Source of the DNA: Leucoraja erinacea
Taxonomy: Eukaryota
Direction of reading: 5' to 3'
DNA: 64,000 nt
Assembly (NCBI RefSeq): GCF_028641065.1
Contig: NW_026575913.1
Coordinates: 1-64,000, forward strand
Shown: positions 12,796 to 25,505 of the stretch, piece by piece
How positions within the stretch are numbered: the stretch's first letter is position 1
How the letters are laid out: each line of letters opens with the position of its first letter
Made by a program: the position numbers and the translations under genes
The notes under the pieces: model-generated
Databases searched by the model: none
Told to the model about the DNA's origin: nothing
Seen by the model: the letters and a program-made list of their open reading frames with translations, nothing else

Positions 12796-15700
12796 GAGGA
12801 GGACTTACCTGGAGCTGTGAGTATAAAAACAGCGCGGGGTTTGCTTCTACAGAGGCCCGGGGAGCCGTTGGTGAGAGGAGGACTTACCTGGAGCTGTGAG
12901 TTACCCAAATCTGCAACGTTCCATCTCACTTCCAGAGAAGGATTCTGATTCTGGTGGAAGCCTCTGATTGGTGGAAGAGGACCAGCGGAAGCAGCTGATT
13001 GGCTTGTATTGTATTTGTATTGTAATTGTATTTGGATAAGGGGGGCAATGAAGGCCAGGGCAGTTTACTGTTCTGGATGTCAGATGTGGGAGGTCATAGA
13101 GTCTGAGTGCCCTCCATACGTCCACATCTGCGCAAGGTGCGTCGAGATGGGGCTCCTAAGGGACCGTGTCAGGAACCTGGAACAGCAACTCGATGACCTC
13201 TGTCTGCTCAGGGAGAGCGAGGTGGTCATAGAAAGGAGTTACAGGGAGGTGGTCACACCAAGACCACGGGAGACAGAAAACTGGGTCACAGTTAGGAAGG
13301 GCAACGGGCAGAGGCAGGGACTGGTGAGTACCCCGGTGGCTGTACACCTTGAAAATAAGTACTCATGCTTGAGTAAGGGTGGGGGGGACAGCCTACCTGG
13401 GGGCAGCGACAGCGGCCAGGCCTCTGGCACAAAGACCGGTCCGGTTTGCTCAGAAGGGTAATGAAAAGAAGAGGAGGGCAATTGTAATAGGGGACTCTAT
13501 AGTCAGGGGGTCGAATAGGCGATTCTGTGGACGCAGACAGGAGTCCCGGATGGTAGTTTGCCTCCCTGGTGCCAGGGTCAGGGATGTGTCTGAACTTGTC
13601 CAAGAAATCCTGAAATGGGAGGGAGAGGAGCCTGAGGTTGTGGTGCATATAGGTACCAACGACATAGGTAAAAAAAGAGAAGATGTCCTGAAAGAAGAAT
13701 TTAGGGAGTTAGGTAGAGAGTTAAGGAGAAGGACTGGAAAGGTAACAATCTCAGGATTACTGCCTGTGTCACGCGACAGTGAGAGTAGGAATGGAGCGAG
13801 GTGGAGGATAAATGTGTGGATGAGGGACTGGTGCAGTGGGTATGGATTCAAGTTTCTGGATCATTAGGACCTCTTTTGGGGAAGGTGCGACCTGTACAGA
13901 AAGGACGGGTTGCACTTGAACCCGAGGGGGACCAATATCCTGGCGGGGAGATTTGCAAAGGCTACTGGGGAGAATTTAAACTAGTATGGTTGGGGGGAGG
14001 ATTCAAATTGGGAAAGCTAGCAGTCAGTGTGTGAAGCAGGGGGCAGAGAATGGTAGCACTCTGACCCAAAATGTAGGGGAGAGAGAAGAAAAAGAAAATA
14101 ATCAGAGAATAAAAGAGGGTGGGTTTCTTACATGAGTATATTTTAATGCTAGGAGCATTGTAAGAAAAGTGGATGAACTTAGAGCCTGGATTGACACCTG
14201 GAAGCATGATGTTGTGGCGATCAGTGAAACATGGTTGCAGGAGGGCTGTGATTGGAAACTAAATATTCCAGGATTTCGTTGCTTCAGGTGTGATAGAATT
14301 GGAGGGGAAAGAGGTGGAGGTGTTACATTGCTTATCAGGGAAGATATTACAGCAGTGCTTTGGCAGGATAGATTAGAGGGCTCGTCTAGGGAGGCTATTT
14401 GGGTGGAACTGAGAAATGGGAAAGGGGCAGCAACACTTATAGGGGTGTGTTATAGACCGCTAAATGGGGAGCGAGAATTGGAAGAGCAAATATGTAAGGA
14501 GATTGCAGATATTAGTAGTAAGCACAAGGTAGTGATTGTGGGAGATTTCAATTTTCCACACATAGACTGGGAAACACATTCTGTAAATGGGCTGGATGGG
14601 TTGGAGTTTGTAAAATGTGTGCAGGATAGTTTTTTGCAACAATACATAGAAGTACCTACTAGAGAAGGGGCGGTACTGGACCTCCTGTTAGGAAATGAGA
14701 TGGGTCAGGTGGCAGAGGTATGCGTTGGGGAACAGTTCGGATAAAGTGACCACAATACCATTAGTTTCAATATAATTATGGAGAGGGACAAAACTGGACC
14801 TAGGGTTGAGATTTTTGATTGGAGAAAGGCTAACTTTGAGGAGATGCGAAAGGATTTAAAAGGAGTAAATTGGGACAGTTTGTTTTATGGGAAAGATGTG
14901 GAAGAGAAATGGAGTACATTTAAAGGTGAAATTTTAAGAGTACAGAATCTTTATGTCGCTGTTCGGTTGAAAGGAAATCGTAAAAATTGTAAAGAGCCAT
15001 GGTTTTCAAGGGAAATTGGACACTTGGTTCGGAAAAAGAGGGTGAAAAAGAGTAAATGAGGTGCTTGATGAGTATAAAGAATGTAAAAAGAATCTTAAGA
15101 AAGAAATTGGAAAAGCTAAAAGAAGATATGAGGTTGCTTTGGCAAGTAAGGTAAAAGTAAATCCGAAGGGTTTCTACCGCTATATTAATAGAAAAAGGAT
15201 AACGAGGGATAAAATTGGTCCATTAGAGAGTCAGAGTGGACAACTATCTGCAGAGCCAAAAGAGATGGGGGAGATATTGAACAGTTTCTTTTCTTCGGTA
15301 TTCACCAAGGAGAAGGATATTGAATTATGTGAGGTAAGGGAAACAAGTAGAGTAGCTATGGAAACTATGAGGATCAAAGAAGAGGAAATACTGACACTTT
15401 TGAGAAATATAAAAGTGGATAAGTCTCCAGGTCTGGACAGGATATTCCCTAGGACATTGAGGGAAGTTAGTGTAGAAATAGCAGGGGCTATGGCAGAAAT
15501 ATTTCAAATGTCATTAGAAACGGGAATAGTGCCGGAGGATTGGCGTACTGCGCATGTTGTTCCATTGTTTAAAAAGGGGTCTGAGAGTAAACCTAGCAAT
15601 TATAGACCTGTTAGTTTGACGTCAGTGGTGGGCAAATTAATGGAAAGAATACTTAGAGATAATATATATGAGCATCTGGATAAACAGGGTCTGATTAGGA

Positions 15701-16976
15701 ACAGTCAACAATGATTTGTGCCTGGAAAGTCATGTTTGACTAATCTTCTTGAATTTTTTGAAGATGAGGGTAAAGCAGTGGATGTTGTGTATATGGACTT
15801 CAGTAAGGCCTTTGACAAGGTTCCTCATGGAAGGTTGGTTAAGAAAGATCAATGGTTGGGTATTAATGGTGGAGTAGCAAGATGGATTCAACAGTGGCTG
15901 AATGGGAGATGCCAGAGAGTAATGGTGGATGGGTTGTTTGTCAGGTTGGAGGCCAGTGACGAGTGAGGTGCCACAGGGATCTGTGTTGGGTCCACTGTTG
16001 TTTGCCATGTACATCAATGATCTGGATGATGGTGTGGTAAATTGGATTAGTAAGTATGCAGATGATACTAAGATAGGTGGGGTTGCGGGTAATGAAGTAG
16101 AGTTTCAAAGTCTACAGAGAGATTTATGCCAGTTGGAAGAGTGGGCTGAAAGATGGCAGATGGAGTTTAATGCTGATAAGTGTGAGGTGCTACATCTTGG
16201 CAGGACAAATCAAAATAGGACGTACATGGTAAATGGTAGGGAATTGAAGAATGTAGGTGAACAGAGGGATCTGGGAATAACTGTGCACAGTTCCCTGAAA
16301 GTGGAATCTCATGTAGATAGGGTGGTAAAGAAAGCTTTTGGTGTGCTGGCCTTTATAAATCAGAGCATTGAGTATAGAAGTTGGGATGTAATGTTAAAAT
16401 TGTACAAGGCATTGGTGAGGCCAATTCTGGAGTATGGTGTACAATTTTGGTTGCCTAATTATAGGAAGGATGTCAACAAAATAGAGAGAGTACAGAGGAG
16501 ATTTACTAGAATGTTGCCTGGGTTTCAGCATCTAAGTTACAGAGAAAGGTTGAACAAGTTAGGGCTTTATTCTTTGGAGCGCAGAAGGTTAAGGGGGGGA
16601 CTTTTTAAAATGATGAGAGGGATAGACAGAGTTGACGTGGAAAAGCTTTTCCCACTGAGAGTAGGGAAGATTCAAACAAGGGGACATGACTTGAGAATTA
16701 AGGGACTGAAGTTTAGGGGTAACATGAGGGGGAACTTCTTTACTCAGAGAGTGGTAGCTGTGTGGAATGAGCTTCCAGTGAAGGTGGTGGAGGCAGGTTC
16801 GTTTTTTTATCATTTAAAAATAAATTGGATAGTTATATGGATGGGAAGGGAATGGAGGGTTATGGTCTGAGCGCAGGTATATGGGACTAGGGGAGATTAT
16901 GTGTTCGCACGGACTAGAAGGGTCGAGATGGCCTGTTTCCGTGCTGTAATTGTTATATGGTTATATTATATGGTTA
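12796..16976 (+). mobile_element. Full-length but decayed CR1 family A nested in another CR1
   Basis: 5'UTR with a tandem repeat; ORF1 with CxxC..CxxC zinc finger, coiled coil and SGNH esterase (GDS, HIGTND, DGLH); ORF2 EN-RT with several stops and frameshifts; (TATGGTTA)n tail. Confidence 0.93.
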
Positions 16977-17723
16977 ATTGAGGAATGCAGTTGAACAGAG
17001 GGATGTAGGAATAACTGTGCATAGTTCCCTGAAGGTGGAATCTCATGTAGATAGGGTGGTAAAGAAAGCTTTTGGTATGCTAGCCTTTATAAATCAGAGC
17101 ATTGAGTATAGAAGTTGGCATGTAATGTTAAAATTGTACAAGGCATTGGTGAGACCAATTCTGGAGTATGATGTACAATTTTGGTCGCCCAATTATAGGA
17201 AGGATGTCAACAAAAGAGAGAGAGAGTACAGAGGAGATTTACTAGAATATTGCCTCGGTTTCAACAACTAAGTTACAGAGAAAGGTTGAATAAGTTAGGT
17301 CTTTATTCTCTGGAGTGCAGAAGGTTAAGGGGGGACTTGATAGAGGTCTTTAAAATGATGAGAGGGATAGACAGAGTTGACGTTGACAAGCTTTTCCCAT
17401 TGAGAGTAGGGAAGATTCAAACAAGAGGACATGACTTCAGAATAAAGGGACAGAAGTTTTGGGGTAACATGAGGGGGAACTTCTTTACTCAGAGAGTGGT
17501 AGCTGTGTGGAATGAGCTTCCAGTGGAAGTGGTGGAGGCAGGTTCGATTTTATCATTTAAAAATAAATTGGATAGGTATATGGATGGGAAAGGAATGGAG
17601 GGTTATGGTCTGAGTGCAGGTAGATGGGACTATGGGAAAATAATTGTTCCGCACGGAATTGTAGGGCCGAGATGGTCTGTTTCCGTGCTCTAATTGTTAT
17701 ATGGTTATATGGTTATATGGTTA
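16977..17723 (+). mobile_element. CR1 family A, 3' remainder of the host copy that starts at 10530
   Basis: Continues ATTGAGGAATGCAG exactly where 12795 stops and has its own (TATGGTTA)n tail. Confidence 0.9.
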
Positions 17724-18519
17724 TTGTACTAGTGCATAGTCTTCAGCAGTGGAAAAAAGGATGGCTCTTCACTACGAAATCAAAGGCAAAAAGGACCATT
17801 TAATAAAACTTTGTTACCTGCTTAAAATAAACACTAGGTGTGCTGCAATCGATAGATACAACGTATTGGTTTATTATTGACACGGGTAACGAGATACAGT
17901 GAAAACCCCTTTACGTGGTATTCAGCCAAATCATACAATGCATGAATACAATTAAGCCATACATAAGTAATGTAAAGATTTTTTTTTTAAATCAGCGTGC
18001 AGAATATAGTGTTACAGCGTTCTGACGCTGCGCTTACCGCTGTGCAGATGAAATAAATGTACAAGTGTACATTGCCTAACGTAGACGCTCGGCCATTTGC
18101 AACGGTGCATAAAAGGCTTCTATTAAAGATGATTTTCCCGCGGTTGCATGAAGCGGATATAGGAATGCGCTGCATGAATTCATAATGGGACTGAGAGGGA
18201 GCTGTGTGGTGAGAAGTTTTGTGCGTTTTAGTGAGTTTCTGTGATACTTCGGGATGAGAATATTTCGATTTTGTGACATCACAAAGAAATACGGATAGTA
18301 ATGGACAATATTTAAAGCTGTTCCATGGAGACGTCGCAATGAAAATGACGAATAGAATTACAAGATATGAACAAAGAACAATCTATCGGAGGATCTCTGT
18401 GGATCAGGCAGCATCTGTGGTGGGGAGGGACAGATAATGTTTCCCCTTGGCTTCCTTCAGAAATGTGTTTTTTTTGCTCAAGATTCAAGCTAATGCAACA
18501 TCGTGTCTCCATTTGCACG

Positions 18520-18862
18520 ACATATTGAATAATGAAAGGCCTGGATAGAATGTATGTGGAAGAAATGTTTCCACTATTAGGAAAGTCTAGGACCAGAGGC
18601 CACAACCTCAGGCCAGTTGGAGGGTGGTGATTATGTGGAATTAGTTGCCACAGAAGGCTGTGGAGGCCAAGCCAATTGATATTTTTTCAGGTGTAGATGG
18701 ATAGATTCTTGATTAGTACGGGTGTCAGTGATTAAGGGGAGAAGGCAGGAGAATGGGGGTAAAGAATGATAGATGGATCTGTCATAATTGAACGGAAGCG
18801 TAGTCATGATGGGCAGAAGGGCCTAATCGTGTCTTTGCAATTTGTCATTTTATGAACTTATG
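18520..18862 (+). mobile_element. Old CR1 3' fragment
   Basis: Similar to the 27620-27985 CR1 end (GGCCTGGATAGA..GAAGGCTGTGGAGGCCAAG..CTTATGA). Confidence 0.7.
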
Positions 18863-19024
18863 AAGATTGGTTGTTTTACGTGTCTTGGCTATTTCAGGTT
18901 AGTTGATAAATACTTCAGAGATGCTTTCGTGGAGTTGCTCATGTTCCAAACACAAACGGCATGCCATCTACATTGAAACATTTTTTTATTATGGGACAAC
19001 AGGTAATTTGATTTCGATAATGGA

Positions 19025-19236
19025 TTATTTAAAAACGCTATGTGAGCTCTGGTCCGAGGTTAGAACTAATTTATTCAATAAAGTAAAAGGATATTTCAGC
19101 GTATTCGTCAATGATTCTCTGAACTTTGCCTGAGCCACTGCATAAATAAATGTGTTGGTGAACGAACTCAGGCACTGCAGCATATACCCAGTGTGCTCCA
19201 TTATGGCGAAAGGATCGTTGTAATCTGTGAGCATGA
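19025..19236 (-). pseudogene. GPCR gene A, exon 2 3' part (ECL3-TM7-C tail)
   Basis: TDYNDPFAIMEHTGYMLQCLSSFTNTFIYAVAQAKFRE..* aligns with gene B ANYNDPFTIAEQSGYMLRCLSACTNTFIYAVSQGKFRE and starts immediately outside the other DIRS terminus. Confidence 0.88.
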
Positions 19237-22200
19237 CGTGAAGAAGCCCGCCCCAGGACGCATTGCGGCATACTTCAAAGCAGCGGTGTGGAATCACAGA
19301 TAGACACAAGTATTTGAAGTAACATAGTAAAGACAATGAGACATCAATTTATCAGTTTGATCCATGTAATGAGGGTGGGAGAGGAGGGCACGTAATCCCT
19401 CATCGTAACTCCTCATAAAATACAGATCAAACTTCAAACTGGTAAGTTCTTGTTTAATCTTACTATTTTACTTCGGAGTCACGTGAGTGACTACGTGAAG
19501 ATTTCAAAGCTTCTGTGATTTCAAACCATGTAACAGCTTTATATCACTCGCTGCCGAAGCCTTTGAGGGAGGAAGCGTGTTATCATAATCAACCAATGAA
19601 TCTGTTTATAGAAAAACAATGGTATTTTTACAATAACACTGAAGAAATTTAAATGCTCCCCTTGGCTAATTTAAATATTTGCAGATTGGAATCTTTGCTG
19701 CAAATAAAAACAGGTTTTGTCAACAGTTTATAATAAATTATTTCTCTGAACGTTTACCCCCACCATTCTGCTGTAGCCAGGATGTGGTTTACAGGCACGT
19801 CCATTCTTTTGCCGTTGACGTGGAAGCTTGTCCTGTGGAATGAAAAACTTTGTACATGTTAGTTTTATCCCAGGAGCTTTAATACCTGCTTGAGCCATCT
19901 CAAAAAAGGCTTGTTACCCGACCACAAGGTTTTTTGTGACCAACCCACAAGGCTTTTCATCTCCCTCGAATAATTAGGTTGTGTCTATGTAAGGTAATAG
20001 GGTCATGGCACATTACCATGTTTCTTGGCGGGTAAGCCCGGGTTTTATGACTGGATAAGGTGTTCCTGGTTTGGTTTGACCATTCCCTGGACAATGATAG
20101 AGATCTGGTCTGAAGCTATGAGCATGGTGTCCAGTAGTAAATAGGAGTAGTGACTGGACCCTCTGTGCTGCTCCGTGTGCCTTCAACATATGTGTTTAGT
20201 GCATAGAAGGTTCAGGTTTAGGGATCTGGCTGGTGGGTATCCCCTGAAGTATGGTTATACCACTGTGACATCCCATATATGGGTGTACCTGGTCTAGGGG
20301 TTTAGAGTTTTAATACCCTTCAAATTTACCACCAGCCAGTGACCCCATGGCCTGTTGTCCTGTAGCTGTTTTGAAACAACAGGCAGGGCAATTCTAGCTG
20401 TGTTGATGGTACTGTAGCCGAATCCTTCATCGTGATGAAGGTTCTCCAGGAATTCCAGTTCGTAGTAACTGTATCGGTTGAGTAGGTTCTCCCTGTATCC
20501 TTGCAGTACTTCTCTTGATGCTGGACAAGTGTTGTAGTCCAGTGGATGTTCAGAAGGATGCTGACATGGTGTCGATGGTTCAGTATAACAATCCCAGTCC
20601 CAGATGAGGCTTGTGCAGAATCTGCAGCTCAGGAGCTTAATTTTCCCATGGCACAGTTGACTTGTGCCCGGCTCCGATTGTTAATAATTCTGGGTACTGG
20701 GAAATACCATCCAAGTTTCAACAACCATGTCATGGCGTATAGTGAACAATGGCTGCGTAAGTCCGTCAGGTACTATCAAATACCTGAAGCAGAATCCTTT
20801 TGTACTGTGCGTTGTTCTCGATTGGTGAGGCAGAAGGGAAAAATACATAGAATTAATTTCACCAATGCAGCGTGAAACGCATTTGTCTATCAATATTATA
20901 AATACATTCTTGAATGACAACATGACCTATAGGTCAGAAAAGTTAATATATATAGCTGACGAGCTTTCTGCTGGAACTATCTGTCCCAGAGAAATTTTCA
21001 ATGAAGATTCCACTGCCCCAGGGTCTGGTTTCCCCCGCGACATACATAGGACATCCCCAAACACCTGGTGATATAGCGTTGATGCAAATAATCGATATCA
21101 GATTCACATTCAATTTTAATTGTCATTGTCAGTGTGCAGTACAGAGACAATGAAATGCATTAATATCTGTTGCGTCATATAGCTTGATAGTTTTGTTAAA
21201 ACTTTATATGAAAACATCTAATTGATGTTGTCCTTAATTTTATGTGACCTGGTGTCTGTCACTGTATTTTGCTTACCTGGCAGGTAAGTTGTTGATAGTC
21301 AAATACATCTTTGGATATACCATTGCCAAATTGTTTTGACCAACTTGTCATATGATACCGACTTTATGCTGCCCATATGGTTAATATAGGCCACCTCCAT
21401 AGTGTAGTCTATTTATACCCATACATGCAAGTGCTTTAAAACTCATAAAATTCACCCGAACATTTTTTAGATAATTAATGCCCAGTATAAGTGGTAACCC
21501 CACCACTGTCTTTCTGATATTACTTCAGTGGGTAACTTCATGAGATGCTCAATGACAACCTATATGTTGTTTTTGATACTAAGATCTGAATCATGTAGAC
21601 AGAAATGCTACCATTTTTCCCAATTACTCTGTTACTTGTCGAGTAGTTGGTAGTTTGTTGACCATTAATTTGTTGCTTGTTTGTGCCAATTCAACTATGT
21701 TGTCTCTTGGCAACATTATAGTTACGTGGACTGAATTAATATGAAACCCAAGATAGTCCAGGAAAGCGCTCTATATGCTGGTAGGAACCAGACCCACCTA
21801 CCTCCATGGTTATTGGCGGTTTTGTGTTTTCTGTTTTCTGAGTGCTTTTGTTCTGACGACGTGCTGGCGACGTTGGGGGGAGGCGCATTTTCCAGGGGGT
21901 CCGCGGCGGGCCCTGATCTAAAAGATCTTTGGGGATAGTGCGGCCCCAAGCGTTCACCAGTCCCATATTCTAGACGTCGACTGGTGGATGCCGTGGGGTG
22001 CTGCTGCTTGGGTATCGGAAGTCGTGGTTTGCTCGTCCCGGGGCCTGCCCTCATGATGCCGAAGGTTTTTGATGCCTCTTCCATCTCCTTCAGCTTTTTG
22101 TTCAGATCTCTCCCAAATAGCAGTGAGTCTGCCTCCGCAGCTGGGGCTTTGCTCAAGCCTGCAAATTTTGAGATTGAGGGCAGGTCTTATATTTCCCTTC

Positions 22201-23892
22201 GGAGATTGTTTAGTTCGAATTGTGTGGTACACCTTAATACCAGCACTTTCTGCTGGTATGTGTTCATCTTCGTTGTCTCCACAGAACGAGCATAGACTGT
22301 GATAGCTGACGTCAGGAGCCTTCGGATCCGCTGTAGCTTGAGTTTTTATGCCCGCATAAGGGCCCCCACAATCGCAGATTTTGCTGTTTGAGGCTTTTTC
22401 CCCTTAAGGGCCTCACAGTTCTCTGGTGCTGTATATTCTTGCAGCTCCTCGGCGAGCACCTTTTTTAGTAGAGGTTTGTGCTGGCTGCCATTTTTTGGCT
22501 CCGGCGGTGCTCCAGCCCGTGGGGTTGCTACGAAGCGGTCCACCACACCCAACAGCTGTTCCTGATCCTGCACCCCATGCATACTCCCGATTTTGTCCGC
22601 CTGCCCCATTTGCAGACCAGCCCTGCCCTGGTCACCAATGCTAGCCTCCTGCTCCAACCCGTGGTATGAGGGTAGCAAAGGGCAGTGCCTGACACGACAC
22701 TATGGAGGAGGTGCCTGTCCTGTCTCGCCGGGAGCGCTGCTGTTCCCGGTGGACCTTCTCCTCCAGGAGCTGCTAAATGCAGCTCAGGCGGCTGTCTCTC
22801 TCTGCTTTGGTAGAGACATGTCCCCCTCCGACGAATCGGAGACGACCGGCCGTTTGGCTTCCTGGCCGCTTTCCCAGTCCGCCGTGCAGGCTCTGGCGAG
22901 ACTGGCTTGGCTCGGTCTCAGGGATAGCGAAAAACGCTCTGCGAGCGACGCTGCCGCCGGTTGCTGCCCCGCTGGTAGAGTTGGAGCGGGGCAGTTTCTC
23001 TTTGCGAGTTTTTTGCGTTGTGTTCCTGAAACCTGCAATAAAACACAACTGCAAACTCACCTTTCCAATGCCCAAGAGCCGCTCCTGCAGCTCAGGCGGC
23101 TGTCTCTCCCCCTCCTGGGTGGAGAGACGTCCCAGTCCGATGTCGGCTCCACCGCCCGGTTTTACACACATCCAGCCCGCTGCTCAGGCGCTAGCGGGCT
23201 GGCTCGGTCGCGGTGTCGGGTTTGCGGACCGCCCGCTAAGCGGTCCTACCGCCTGTTGCTGCCCAATGACGTTCTTTCGTCGAGCGGGCAGGTGCAGCAT
23301 TTTTTCCCCCCAGCCCGCTGCTGATGCTGACGGGCTTGGTGCAGTGTCGGGAGCGGGGCGCTGATTAGCGGTCCTCGCTCTCTCTCTCTCTCTGGCACTC
23401 GGGCTGCTGCTCACCTGCACTCGGGCTGCAGCGCACTCACGCCAGCACTGCACAGTGGGTCCCCTTACCGGCTCCGAAAATGTCGGAAGCCTCCTCCCGC
23501 CCGCCTGCCTGCCTCACCTGGGCAGTACTCGAGGGCGAGCGAGGACTGAGGGGACCTCCAACGCAGTGCAAGCGCCGTCTTCCTGCGCTCTCGATGTCGC
23601 CCCTGTGGAGAGTTACCGCACCGGCACAGCTCCCATCCATGGTCCGCCGTGAGTGCGGTCCTGGTAGCGTCTTTCCTCCCCTCCCGCGAACGGAAAAAAC
23701 TCCTCCCGGAGTCCAAGGGGGCCGCTTGCATGCCCTGCGGGGAACAAGCAGACGCAAAGGGGCTGTAAAAATAAAGGTAAGTACTTACCTAAACTTAGTT
23801 TTTCTCGTTTCTGCGGGAGCCCTGTCTCCCGCCTGCCGCTGTTGCCTGCTGAAACGTAATGCCGCAATGCGTCCTGGGGCGGGCTCTTCACG
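19237..23892 (-). mobile_element. Degenerate DIRS1-like tyrosine-recombinase retrotransposon
   Basis: Inverted termini CGTGAAG(A)AGCCCGCCCCAGGACGCATTGCGGCAT at both ends; ICR-like hairpin at 19471-19500. Minus-strand remnants: gag (YTAPENC, LLFGRDLNKKLK), RT thumb (YLGFHIN), RNase H (VAYINHMG, YLPGKQNT), methyltransferase-like (IDxFAS) and YR (HST, HILATAxW). The RT catalytic part appears deleted. Confidence 0.85.
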
Positions 23893-24395
23893 AAGGAAAG
23901 GTGCAAACGGTGTTAAGTTAATGTCGTCGAAAAAGTATGCAACCCATATTGGTAAACTGGAGAGGCTTGACTTCACTTTGCGGAACCATGGCACGTTGTC
24001 AATGATCTCCAGGTGCTCGTTTTCAAAATAAATTGGGATATTTTCTACAAAGCTTAATCCACCAACTGCCACAATAACTGTGACGGCAGTTCTTTCGGTG
24101 CAATATTTTAATCTCAGCTTCTGACAACAAATGGCGATGTATCGGTCAAATGTGAAGGCAACGGTTAGCCAGACCGAACAATCAATGGCTGCGAACACCA
24201 GGGCAATGATGAGGCTGCAAACGGGAGTATAATGCAAGAAGGAAAGTGGAAAATACATGTCATTAATCTCATATAATACCACATCAAATATTATCACCAG
24301 TAGGTCTGCAACTGCCATGGCCACCATGTAACGTGTGATGCATTTGGAAAGACCACAGTTCCCACGAGATAGAATCAGAATCGCCATAAGATTAC
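23893..24395 (-). pseudogene. GPCR gene A, exon 2 5' part (TM1-TM5), cut by a DIRS insertion
   Basis: TTTTTATTGTTGCAG acceptor, then NLMAILILSRGNCGLSKCITRYMVAMAVADL..SVWLTVAFTFDRY..TPFAPF, co-linear with gene B. Homology stops at the DIRS terminal repeat. The ECL2 Cys is replaced by Arg (PWFR vs PWSC). Confidence 0.9.
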
Positions 24396-24507
24396 CTGCA
24401 ACAATAAAAAGATGCGCAGTCACAAAGATTAGCCGCTTTGGACAAATCGTAACTTGGCGATTAACTCCAAATCTTTCATAAATAAAACACAGCGCGTTGG
24501 AGTAAAT

Positions 24508-24810
24508 AAAACCCCTGTCTTACCTACGGTGCGAGTTGACACACGAGGTACCCCGAGTTAAAACTCGTGGTAATAACGTACGATTAACGTAGCTGTAACG
24601 TCGGAATTCGTGGACGCAACTTAGAGACTCGTGGCGCTAACGGCAGGTACCCGCGAAACTTGTCAACTCTTGAAAAAAATCAAACATATTTAAAGTTTTC
24701 CACGTCAAATTTACTCTTGTGGTTAAGAATTGAAACATTTTAACTCGTTGTAAGAACGTAGTGGCCCGTACGTTTAACTTAGTGTATCGTGAATCTACCG
24801 TGGGAACTCT
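24508..24810. mobile_element. Probable non-autonomous DNA element (MITE-like) with internal ACTCGTGG/CGAGTT repeats
   Basis: Repeated and inverted AACTCGT/CGAGTT units and CpG-rich relative to flanks; a complete TIR pair is not visible. Confidence 0.35.
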
Positions 24811-25269
24811 TTAACTCAGCGGGCAGGCAGCATTAAGTTCACAACATGCGAGGATTACGTGTGTCATGTATTCGTGTGAATGAAGCGTGTTGGTGGGCGG
24901 GCAGAGTGTAAGATGGATAACAATACCATGGGACAAACTGGAGTCATACATAAACAATAAAGAATAGGATTCGAGAATAGAAAACTCACCACTAACCAAA
25001 GCTTCGGCGGTCGCCATGTGCATGAGCGAATGGAGCCCTCCACTGAAATGGTTTTAAAACCATCTGCTGATAAATCAGACTCGGTCAGCTTGAATCCAGC
25101 TTTGTTGCACCCGTGAGCCGTAACGTTATAATAGCCCATGGCATTCCCGAGAGCTCCAAGGACCATGGCAGCCCTGTACCTCTACATTGTACCGGCTTCC
25201 TGAAGCCTGAGCAAGAAGCGGCCGTCCCTCGACTGGGTCGAGTCCCCACACCGGGCTCTCCTGTAGTGT

Positions 25270-25450
25270 TGAAGCGTGTGGGAAGGAACTGCAGATGCTG
25301 GTTTAAACCCACGAGGAGAGAGAAAAAGCCGGAGTAACTCAGCGGAACAGACAGCACCTTTGGGGAAAAGGATAAGAAGGGTCTCGACCCAAAACATCAT
25401 TTATTCCTTCTCTCGAGAGCTGCTGCCTGGCCCGGCCCGCTGTGGATTTG
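25270..25450. mobile_element. Penelope-derived fragments in inverted arrangement
   Basis: Minus copy (GAAGGAACTGCAGATGCTGG..GGAGTAACTCAGCGG) followed by a plus copy (AAGAAGGGTCTCGACCCAAAAC..). Confidence 0.6.
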
Positions 25451-25505
25451 CGACATTACCAGACGGTCAGAAGCCTTCTCCGGATTTAAGAAGCGGCCCG
25501 ACCGA

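Noticed and set aside
21272-21288. CTTACCTG-G-CAGGTAAG palindrome resembling a double splice donor
   Set aside because: It coincides with the conserved YLPGK codons of DIRS RNase H and is probably incidental.
22346-24031. Many overlapping ORFs on both strands
   Set aside because: GC-rich decayed DIRS gag region; the plus-strand ORFs have no recognisable motifs.
23785-24423. 212-aa ORF as a complete single-exon GPCR
   Set aside because: Its start is intronic (upstream of the acceptor at 24396) and its C-terminus is DIRS sequence.
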